From the NCBI GenBank assembly GCA_951406725.2, contig OX597820.1, positions 2,852,001 through 2,916,000 of the forward strand: DNA of 64,000 nt. Direction: 5' to 3'. Position numbers and translations under genes: made by a program. Every line of letters begins with the position of its first letter. The first letter of the stretch is position 1. The stretch is from Octopus vulgaris (taxonomy: Eukaryota). The notes below the pieces were generated by a model. That model did not search any database. It was not told where the DNA came from and worked only from the letters and a program-made list of their open reading frames with translations. Positions 37,612 through 48,655 of the stretch are shown here, one piece after another.

Positions 37612-38122
37612 ACTCGTGGCCGATGCCAGCGCCACCCTCACTGGCTTCCGTGCCGGTGGCACGTAAAATACACCAATCTGACCGTACGACAGGCACCCAT
37701 GCCAACCCCCTTGCTTGCGAAGACATGTTGGGGCAAGCGAAATCGAAATCGAATTGAACTAGCCAGGATCCCTGGTTTGGTGGTACGTAAAAAGCACTAT
37801 CTGACTCGTGGCGTAAAAAGCACTATCCGACTCGTGGCCGATGCCAGCTCCGCCTCGTCTGGCTTTCGTGCCGGTGGCACATAAAATACACCAATCCGAC
37901 CGTGGCCGTTGCCAGCCTCGCCTGGCACCTGTGCAGGTGGCACGTAAAAAGCACCCACTACACTCACGGAGTGGTTGGCGTTAGGAAGGGCATCCAGCTG
38001 TAGAAACACTGCCAGATAAGACTGGAGCCTGGTGCAGCCTTCTGGCTTCCCAGAACCCCGGTCGAACCGTCCAACCCATGCTAGCATGGAGAACGGACAT
38101 TAAACGATGATGATGATGATGA

Positions 38123-38165
<43 letters not shown>

Positions 38166-38402
38166 TACACACACACATATATATATATATGTTTGTGTGT
38201 CTGTATTTGTCCCCCCGCCATCACTTGACAACTGATGTTGGTGTGTTTATGTCCCCTGTAACTTGGTGGTTTGGCAAAAGAGACTGATAGAATAAGTACT
38301 AGGCTTACAAAGAATAAGTCCTGGAGTTGATCTGTTTGACTAAAGGTGGTGTTCCAGCATGGCCACAGTCAATGACTGAAACAAATAAAAGAATAAAAGA
38401 AT
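37413..38402 (+). mobile_element. Major CORE SINE with RTE-tail retroposon (37608-38125) nested in its internal microsatellite
   Basis: Head 37413-37578, tail about 38190-38402, insert bounded by (AT)n. Confidence 0.75.
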
Positions 38403-38501
38403 TTACACAAATTTGGAAAAAAAAAAATCTTTTATCTTTTACTGGTTTCAGCCCAGGGCTGAGGTCATGCTGGTACACCACCTGTAGCGTAATATATACA
38501 T

Positions 38502-38820
38502 GAGGGCGCGTGGCTTAGTGGTTAGGGCATTCAGCTCATGATATAAGGTTGTGAGTTCGATTCCCGGCGACGCGTTGTGTCCTTGAGCAAGACACTTTAT
38601 TTCACGTTGCTCTAGTCCACTCAGCTGGCAAAAATGAGTTGTACTTGTATTTCAAAGGGTCAGCCTTGTCACTCTCTGTGTCACGCTGATTATCTCCGAG
38701 AACTACGTTAAGGGTACACGTGTCTGTGGAATGCTCAGCCATTTGCACGTTAATTTCACGAGCAAGCTGTTCCGTTGATCGTATCAGCTGGGACCCTCGT
38801 CGTCGTAACCGGCGGAGTCT
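38502..38820 (+). mobile_element. Full-length tRNA-derived CORE-like SINE
   Basis: TGGCTTAGTGG A box, GAGTTCGATTCC B box, GTGTCCTTGAGCAAGACACTT. Confidence 0.9.
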
Positions 38821-38881
38821 TTTTAATATATACATACATATATACATACGTACATGTGTGTGATTGTGTGTGTGTGTATGC

Positions 38882-38915
<34 letters not shown>

Positions 38916-40499
38916 CCATGTGTGTGTGTGTGTGTTTTGTGTTTGTCCCCCACCCTCCACCACTTAACAACTGGTGTTTGTTCGTTTACATCCTTGTAAC
39001 TTTGCAGTTTAATAAAACAATAGAATAAATACCAGACTTTTTAAAATAAAATAAGTGCTGGGGTTGATTTGTTTGACTAAACCCCCTCCAGGCAGTGCCC
39101 CAACATGGCCGTAGTCCAATGATTGAAACAACAACAACAAAAAAAAAGAAAGAAAGATAAATCTCACAAGCTAAATGTAACACCAAAGTGTTTTAGTTTG
39201 AAAAACTACGTCAAACATTTTTATTAGTAACGTACGATAAATCCCCATAAATTAACGAGAAAGCTGAGACGTCCTCAAATGGAACACTAACATAATACAA
39301 TGACCGTATTTGTGGCAAAGTTCAAAATAGATAAACCAGATCGAAGACCTTTGGAGCTGAAGTTTTTTATCTTTTATTTGTATTTGAAAGTCAACTGAAG
39401 TGAAGAGAAAAAAATTGAGATTATCAAATTTGTTCACAACCCTTACCAAACGTGTGTGTGTGGCTCTGTATCTGTGTTTGTCCACCCACAACTGACTGGC
39501 ATCTGGTGTTGCTGTGTTTAGGTCCCTATAGCTTAGTGGTTCAGCAAAAGAGACCAATAGAATAAGGACCATATGTGTGTGTATGTGTGTGTTTGTCCCT
39601 GCCAACTGATTGACAAACTGTATCATTTAACATTCATTTTCCATGCTGGCATGGGTTGGACAGACTGAATGTGTGTGTGAGTGTGTGTGTGTGTGTGTAT
39701 GTGAATGTGTGTATGCATGTATGTACATGCATGTGTATGTGTGTGTGTTTGTGTTTGTCCCCCACTACTGCTTGACAATCGATGTTGGTTTGTTTCCATC
39801 CCCATAAACTAGCAGTTCAAGGGATACTTGATAAAGTACTGGACTTAAAAATGTACTGGGGTCAATTTGTTCTCCTAAACCCCTGAGGGTGGTGCCCCAG
39901 CATGGCCACAGTCCAATGACTGAAACAAATACAATAAGTAAAAGACAAAACATGAAGCTAATTATGAAAGAAACTCAGAACTGAGTATCAATACTCAGTT
40001 CTGAGTACAGTAATCCCTCGCCATGGCACAGTTTATTATTTAATCTTACATCAATTCCTCCATGGTGTTGTTTTGCATTTATAATAAAATAAATATAAAC
40101 AAATTATGAAAATGATTTTTAAAAAAATATACAGTACAGTAGTGTTTCTACCTCATGGATTTTCATTCATATATTCATCACTGAAACAAAAACAAGTGTT
40201 GATAGAGGCAAATGTAGGCTACATGTTAAATTGCCACATAAGATGAGAATTTATTTTACTTTGTTATCGCTGTAATTATAGTAAAGTTCTCCTCACAGTA
40301 GGCTACTGATATTAGGTTATAGTAAACCACTCAGACTTCCTTTTCTTGATAACTGCTAGGGCTGTTAAAACAAAGTACATTAAATAAGAGAGCCAGGTTA
40401 CGTGAAAAGTAGTTTAGTAGTAAGTTTAGTTATTTATGAAAGTGATCAATGTTTGAAATTTAGAGATGGAAAACAACTGTTTCGTGATAGCCATAGCTT

Positions 40500-40792
40500 A
40501 CTCTTTACTCTTTTACTCTTTTACTTGTTTCAGTCATTTGACTGCGGCCATGCTGGAGCACTGCCTTTAGTCGAGCAAATCGACCCCGGAACTTATTCTT
40601 TGTACGCCCAGTACTTATTCTATCGGTCTCTTTTGCCGAACCGCTAAGTGACGGGGACGTAAACACACCAGCATCGGTTGTCAAGCAATGCTAGGGGGAC
40701 AAACACAGACACACAAACACACACACACATACATATATATACATATATACGACAAGCTTCTTTCAGTTTCCGTCTACCAAATCCACTCACAA
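40500..40792 (-). mobile_element. 5'-truncated major CORE SINE
   Basis: High similarity to the tail/body of 54798-55251. Confidence 0.85.
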
Positions 40793-42567
40793 GAAGAACA
40801 AATCCAAGATTGTTTATCCGGATTGCCCTTCAGCTTTAAAACCAGTTGCTCATGCTGCTGAAAATATTCCAATTCCAGAACCTCCCTCATCTTTTGACAA
40901 AGATAGTTTAAGTGAAGAAAGTACTGCATCTACTTCAATTGAAGTCGTGACGAATGACACAAATCAGGATCGTCACTCTGACAAACCAGGGTCTTCAAAA
41001 AAAGTTCCTCATTTATGAAGTCAACTTGAGTTAAATGATTTAGTTAGAGACTTGGGTTTAACAAAAGAAACGTCAGAACTACTGGGCTCCAGGTTGAAAC
41101 AATGGAATCTTTTACACAAAGGTGTAAAATGCTCATACTTTTGAAAATGGCATACAGAATTGCATGAATTTTTCTACAGAGAAAGATGGTATCTGTTTTT
41201 GTTGTGATGTTGAAGGACTCCTACGTGAGATGGGGTACAGCCATAATCCCAAAGAATGGAGACTCTTCATAGATTCCAGCAAAGCAAGCCTAAAAGCTGT
41301 TTTGCTGCATAATGGCAATCAAAACCTTTCAATACCACTAGCACATGAAGGTAGGATTAAAGGAAACTTATGAATCAATGGATAAAATTTTGCACTTGAT
41401 TAAATATTCTGAGCACAAGTGGAAAATATGTGGGAACTTGAAAGTTATTGGTTTGCTTCATGGGTTGCAAATGGGGTATACAAAGCATTAGGGGCTTTTT
41501 GTGCCTTTGGAACAGCAGAGATGACAAGCATCACTATGATCAAAAAGAGGGGCCAAAGGGAAGTGATTTCACCCCAGGGAAATACAACGTTAAATATATC
41601 CCTTTATGTGACCCTCATAAAATTTATCTTCTTCCCTTACTCATTAAACTTGGCTTAAATCCTTAAAATCCTTAAAAATGTTTTAACCCGAAGGCCGTGG
41701 CCATGCTGGGGCACCACCGGTGAAAACGATTAACTTGTCGTCCCTGGCTTGTTTAAGAATTTTGTTAAGGCCATGTTAAGGCCGTGAAAGATTCAAATCT
41801 CTCAGTGAAAAGTTTGTTTCTAGCAAGAGTGAAGCTAAGATCAAAGCTGGCGTTTTTAATGGACCAGAATTTCGCACACTAATTTGTGAAGAGCCTTTTC
41901 AAGAAAAATTAAGCTCAGTAGAGAAAGCTGTTTGGGAATAGTTTGATTCTCTTGTAAAAAAAATTTTGGGAAAAGAAAAATCATCTACGTTGCAATTGGG
42001 AATGAATTTTTGAAGGCTTCTAAGCAACTTAAGGCAAGAATGTCTCTAAAAATTCATTTTCTTCACTCTCATCTTGACTTTTTCCCACCCAATATGGGTG
42101 ATGTGAGCAATGAGCATGGTGAACGATTTCATCAAGAAATCAGAGATAGAAAGCCGCTACAGGGGCAGACTTACACCAAACATGCTAATGGACTATTGCT
42201 GGTTTTTAGAACGAGAAACAGACATGAAACATAAGCGTAAAAGACGACGCCAAAACTATTTTTGAAAAACATAAAATGAATTATATTCACTTTACACTTT
42301 TGTTTCATGTTTTATTGGTTTTAGAGCTACTTGTCCACCAAATTGTTATTGTTCTTATACCAAATAACGGTAATTAACGCTTAACATAACAGTTATTTTA
42401 TTTGTCATGAATTTTCACACTATTGTAATTTTGATAGCAGTATAACAATGATAGCGCAAAAACGTGAGGTGCTAGAGCAAAAGTAATTGCAGGTTTGGAA
42501 TCGGTGCTCCCGAATTACCTATGAGCACCATTTTGTCCAATAGTAGCAAAAATTTTATTGCCTAGTG
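40793..42567 (+). mobile_element. Chapaev3-like (CMC) DNA transposon relic, left end missing
   Basis: ELNDLVRDLGLTKETSELLGSRLKQWNLL, EWRLFIDSSKASLKAVLLHNGN, MSLKIHFLHSHLDFFPPNMGDVSNEHGERFHQEI; right end TTGCCTAGTG. Confidence 0.8.
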
Positions 42568-42690
42568 AAATCGGGGTTGGTTTGTTTATGGTCTTATAAC
42601 TTTGCATTTCGACAAAAGGATCGATAAACTATCTAACAGAATTTTTGCCTTGCTTAAAAACAAAACAAAAAAAAAAAAACGTCCTAGTGT

Positions 42691-43254
42691 CACTAGGGTA
42701 ACTAGAGTGTGTGCCGCTTGTGGTGGCCCTTCCGTTTGCCACCCCTGGACCCCACAAAAGGCACATATTTATTTCTTTATTGCCCACAGGGGGCTAAATG
42801 TAGAGGGCACAAACAAGGACAAACAAAGGAATTAAGTCGATTACATCGACCCCAGTGAGTAACTGGTACTTATTTAATCGACCCCGAAAGGATGAAAGGC
42901 AAAGTCGACCTCGGTGGAATTTGTACTCAGAAATACCTATTTCTTTACTACCCACAAGGGGCTAAACACAGAGGGGACAAACAAGGCCAGACAAACGGAT
43001 TAAGTCGATTACATCGATCCCCAGTGCGTAACTGGTACTTAATTTATCGACCCCGAAAGGATGAAAGGCAAAGTCGACCTCGACAGAATTTGAACTCAGA
43101 AATACCGCAAAGCATTTCGCCCGGCGTGCTAACGTTTCTGCCAGCTCGCCAAAAGAGACATATTGCCTACAGCAGACTCCAAAGTGGTACCCCTTTAGAA
43201 GTGCCACCCGGGGCAGACCGTCCCCACCGTGCTCCTACCTTAGCTACGCTAGTA
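42691..43254. mobile_element. hAT-like MITE hosting a nested SINE pair
   Basis: TIR CACTAGGGTAACT / AGCTACGCTAGTA; 8-bp TSD CCTAGTGT/CCTGGTGT. Confidence 0.75.
42770..43149 (-). mobile_element. MetaSINE (A tail) with a second A-tail copy inserted in its head
   Basis: Outer TSD CAAAAGGCACATATT/CAAAAGAGACATATT; inner 13-bp duplication ACTCAGAAATACC at 42925-42937 and 43094-43106. Confidence 0.88.
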
Positions 43255-43544
43255 CCTGGTGTCGCTTTGTTCGCCTAAACTTTTCAAGGCGTTGCTCCAG
43301 CATGGCCGCAGTTCAATGCATGAGGCAAGTGTAGGAAAGATTATAAAGAGGACACGAATAAAATGACTTCTAAAAACGGCAATGTTTATGATTTCCTGAC
43401 ATCGCGGTTTTAGAAAGAGAGATATTTTCGGCAAAGTGTCAACAACTGTGACATAATTTGGCAGATGACAGAAAATGTGACCGAAGCTGACATTGTCGTC
43501 AAAACGTTGAGTTCATTCCAGTAAATGACCTGAACGGAAACTCT

Positions 43545-43622
<78 letters not shown>

Positions 43623-45220
43623 TATATTATATATATATATTTATATGTAGGTATGTAGGTATGTATATATATATATATATATATACATAGACATACATAC
43701 ATACATACACAGACATACATACAGATAGACACATTGATGAATGGATAGCTAGATAGTTAGCTAGATAGACTAGTACGTGTACACACCCACACATACACAT
43801 GTATATATATATGTACATATATAAAAGCGACCTCTGCAGATGATGTAGTTGTTAATTTTGTTACATTGCCCTTTCAAATAAATCTTTTTTTTTTATCACC
43901 AACAATGTTATTATCGCTAAACTAAACACTATTTCGGCAAGAATGCCGTACTCTAACAATCGTTCGCCCTTCTTACTCTGGACTTTGGTTCGTTATTGAC
44001 AATTTTTTTACTATCTCCAGTCGCATCTTCATTAAATATAATTTCCACTTTACCCCACTCCGCTTTCGGTAGCTTTATCATATGAAACAAAACTGTTACA
44101 GCTTAGCAGAGCAATTAACTAGACATGTTGCCTTTTAATACACTTTACAAGACTGGTTTTCTGGTATTCGCTTCCTTATTTATTATTAATGTCGCTGGTA
44201 AGTTCTACTTTTTATTTCGCATCTTCGAAGAATTATCTTAATTACGGGGGTTCAAACTTGCTCCCAAGACACTGCTTTGACTATCGAAGGGTTTTCCTAT
44301 ATTCACATGTGCTGTGTATGTTTCATGATGGATAAATAAGGATGAGAACAATCAACCGTTTCTCAGTGTTTCATATTTTTCTTGTATATACATCGTTCGG
44401 TTGTCATTCATAAAATATTTATATATAATATATATTTCTATATTCTTTTCTGCTGTTTACTCTTCAGACATACATACATGTATATAATACATATATACAT
44501 ACATTCACATATACATTCGTACATATACACATGGCATATATATATACAACTACCTCGAACACACAAGTGCAAACAAGGGAGTCAGAGAAAGGCAGAATGC
44601 CACTTAAATCTGAACACTACTATAGAAATATTCTTTTAAAAAAACTTTTCTTCTAATTTTTCTAAATTTAATTATTTAATCGTTACAGTTGAAAAGGTCT
44701 CAAAATGACCGAAACCGGTACTGAAATGTTCACTATAAAATTATTTTAGCATTTTCTATTTTTTACTTGTTTTTTCATATATATATATATATATACACAC
44801 ATTAACATACATCTAGTCATATATACACACATACACGTTCGCATATACATTAAATGACATTCACATGCATACATATACATATATACACATACATTTACAT
44901 ATGTCCATGCGCACACACACACACCCACCCGCATAAAACGAAGGACCTCACCCCCATTTCTTCATTAAAATCTGCCACGTGTCTGTAGGTGCCAGCAGCT
45001 GTCTTTGGTTCTTTATTACTCACCATCGTTGCCAGACCGGACCAAATGCTTGGCAGCATTTCTTTCGGCTTTGTACGTTTTAAGTTTGTCTTTCGTCTCT
45101 TTCGATAAAATAAGTACCAGTTATACACTGGGGTCGAAGATATCACCAAACCCCCTTCCTTCCAAATTACTAGCCTAAGGAAATATGGACATATCATGTG
45201 TGTGTGTGTGTGTGTGTATA

Positions 45221-45570
45221 GGGGCAGGTGTGGCTGTGTGATAAGAAGTTTGCTTCCCAACCACATGGTTCCAGGTTCAATTCCAGTGTTGGGCAAACGT
45301 ACTCTACTATAGCTTCGGGCCGACTAAAGCTTTGTGAATGGATTTGGTTGATGGAAATTGAAAGAAGCCCATTATGTATGCGCACGCGCGTTGTGTGTGT
45401 GTGTGGGGGGTGCGTCCGTAACTTAGCGGTTCGGCAGAAGGAACCGATACAATAAGTTCCAGGATTTTTAAAAAAAGCAAAATAAATCCTGGCGTCGACT
45501 TGTTCGACTAAAATTCTTCAAGGCAGTACTCCAGCATGGCCGCAGCCTAATGACTGAAACAAGAAAAAAG
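45221..45570 (+). mobile_element. Major CORE-type SINE
   Basis: GGGGCAGGTGTGGCTGTGTG head; CCAGCATGGCCGCAGCCTAATGACTGAAAC tail. Confidence 0.8.
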
Positions 45571-45580
45571 ACACACACAC

Positions 45581-46153
45581 ATCATCATCATCATTGTTCG
45601 ACCGTGGTCGAGACAATGGAATTTACCATGTTGCGCCAGACTTCACGGTCCATCATAGCATTACGGAGGTCCTGTTGCTGGATGCCTGTATCCCTGGAGA
45701 TTACATCAGGGTAGGAGAGTGTGCGCCCTCTGGTGTTGCGAGTAGATGGCTTCCAGAGGAGAAGAGTAGAAATTACTTCTTTTTCAGCTCTACAACAATG
45801 TCCAGCAAACTGGACTCTCCTACCCTTCACAAGAGATGACACAGGTGGTAATTTCCCATATATTTGCATTTTAGTTGGATGGCGCCTCCACGAGAGATTT
45901 TGAGCTCTCATAAGGAGGCGAGTGTAGGTTCCAACCGCTGAGTACTTGACAGACACTGACTTTGCTGACGACATCGCTCTTATCAGTGATTCTCTCTCCA
46001 ATGCCCAGTCTCTTTTACAATCTCTTGAACAAGCCTCAAATTGTGTAGGTCTTTACCTTAATGAGACCAAAACTGAATACATAAACAAGTGCCTGTCCAA
46101 CAGTGATTGCATCATCCACACTCTCAACAGTGCACCTTTAAATATAGTTTCTG
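45581..46153 (-). mobile_element. RTE-group LINE insertion with inverted 5' segment
   Basis: Minus 45591-45934 encodes the RT C-terminus (GTYTRLLMRAQNLSW...FAGHC...DREVWR) with (TGA)n tail; plus 45935-46153 encodes YLTDTDFADDIALIS...GLYLNETKTEY. Confidence 0.85.
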
Positions 46154-46188
<35 letters not shown>

Positions 46189-47194
46189 CACACACACACG
46201 CATACACACATGTTCTACGTCGTTCCATATTCTGTAGAGTGTCGAAGTATGAAGTAAAGCGTTAGAGCTCGATATAAACAGCTGGGATAGAATTTATAAG
46301 AAGACCTCAGTGGTTCTCGGTCATTATAATGTGAGTTAATTAAAAAATTAAAGCTATTTTAATTATAATACGTTTGTATATTTTGCTTTCAGGCATTTCG
46401 ATTTCAAATTTTTAGTTCACTTCGATTTCAAATTTTTAGTTCACTTCGATTTCAAATTTTTATTTGCTTCCGTCTGGCCGGGTGCTCGAATGACGGGTCC
46501 CACCCACTTTTTGACTCGGAGACAATCGCTGGCTCTTATATATATAAATTCGTGTGTGCGTGTGCGCGTGCGCGTGCACACTTGTTTCAGTCGTTGGACT
46601 GCGGCCATGCTGGGGCACCGACTCGATGTGCTCGGTCGAAACAAGTCTACCCCAGTACTTATTTTTAAGTCTGGTACTTAAATGTATCGGCCTCTTTGGC
46701 AAAAGATATCCTTACGAGGACGTGAACAAACCAACACCGGTTGTCATGCGATGCTGGACACACACACACACATACATGTGTGTATAATGCATTTATGTGT
46801 GTGTGTGTGTGTTGGTCCGTAGAGATGGAATGGTGATCTTATAAGCTTTGGTTCATTGTTTGAAAGGCTTGTGTGAAATCATTTATTTCCTCCAAATCTT
46901 AATTGCGACATCACCTTTTCTTTTTTTTTTTTGCTGAAAACCTAAGTTTTTGAAACGATTCCAACATTTCTTCGCTGAATTAGCATCACTAACATCATCA
47001 TCATCTCATCACAGCACTGTGTGTGTGTTTGTGGAGAGAGAGAGAACAGACAGACATGTAGATAGATAGATTAGAGAGAAAGATATATATATATATATAA
47101 ATGGCGGTGCCGCAGCATGACCACAGCTCGTGAGCTGAAACTAGATAAAATTAAAAAAATAAAATAAAATATATATATATATAGATAGATAGAC

Positions 47195-47225
<31 letters not shown>

Positions 47226-47228
47226 CAG

Positions 47229-47294
<66 letters not shown>

Positions 47295-47966
47295 GACGTT
47301 TTACACGCAACAGACGACATGCTGTCATGGATCCAAATGGAAAGAGCAGACGATACATCACGTGACCAACAATGTCGTTCTGTTTGTTCAGTCACAGGTC
47401 AGTCCTGATTGAACAGACTTATGATTAAGTGTACATGATTAACGAATTATACACTTTTAGAACTAAGCCTAGAACTACATTATCTAATGCGTCCTTTCTT
47501 TTGCTTTTTTTTTCTCAACACAATAGGATGCGATAGAAGGGAGATTTGGCTGCTATTTCTAGCAGATCCATCGACTATATAAAGACTCTAAATGTGAATG
47601 ACTAAACATTTTCGTGGTGTTGCTTGCTACATGTGTTGTTTCCAGTTCTATCTTTGTCGGTCATTGGAATGCAGCCATGCTGGAGCACCGCATTCAAGGG
47701 ACTTAATGCACAAATCAAACGCAGTACTTTTTTTTTTATTTTTAAAGTCCGGCACTTATTTCATCGTTTTCCTTTGTCGCACTGCTATGTTACGGAGACG
47801 TAACTAAACCAACGCCGGTTGTCAAACGGTGGCGGAACTGACACAAACACACACACTAGCGTAGCAGGGGTGGGGAATGGTCCGCCCCGGGCGGGACTTT
47901 TGGGTCTGCAGTAGGCAGTGTGCTTTTTGTGGGGTCCAGGGTCGCAAACAGAAGGGCCGCCCCGGG

Positions 47967-48563
47967 TGCGAATTTTTTTTCCCACGAGAATTCCGGACCC
48001 CAGTGATGGTGTATGCCCCTCTGTGAATATAACAGCAGGTCTCACATAAGCATCGCAGTCTCCGCCGCCTCCACCATCATCATAGATCAGTGGAGCACCA
48101 TCTCTATATGGAGCTAACATTAGGCACCCATACTCAGACTGAGATTAGTGATACTGCATGTAGCCATTGATATATGCAAGGAAGGCGCAATACGACACAA
48201 CGCCATATTGATTACGTTGTTCTCAGATCAACACCAACATTTTAAATTAAGAATGTACAAAATCAGTCAAAAAACTAGGAAACTACACACGTTTACATTT
48301 TCTAGTAAATTACGCAAATTGGCAACACTTATGGTACCATCGGTGAGCAGCTCTCCATTCCCTTTATACACTAAATTTCACGTTTGTCACCCCTATTAAC
48401 CCGTTTAAAACAGATTTTGCTGTGACGCACATTTTCCACTGAACTCAACCAGAGTATTTTCGTGACAAGGTGGACACTAGTTTGATAGTTGAGCTGTGAT
48501 TGGCTGTATGCAAATGAGTTCATAACTGGAGTCCGGAACTCTCGTGGGAAAAAAATATTTCGC
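47967..48563. mobile_element. Non-autonomous TIR element nested in a third hAT-like MITE copy (47854-about 48580)
   Basis: About 35-bp TIR GCGAA(T)nCCCACGAGAATTCCGGACCCCA; CGCCCCGGG duplicated at 47958-47966 and 48563-48571. Confidence 0.7.
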
Positions 48564-48655
48564 GCCCCGGGCGGCAACACACACACACACATGTATATGT
48601 ATGTATGTATGTATGTATGTAAGTGTAACAACGGGCTTCTTTAGTTTCTGTCTAC

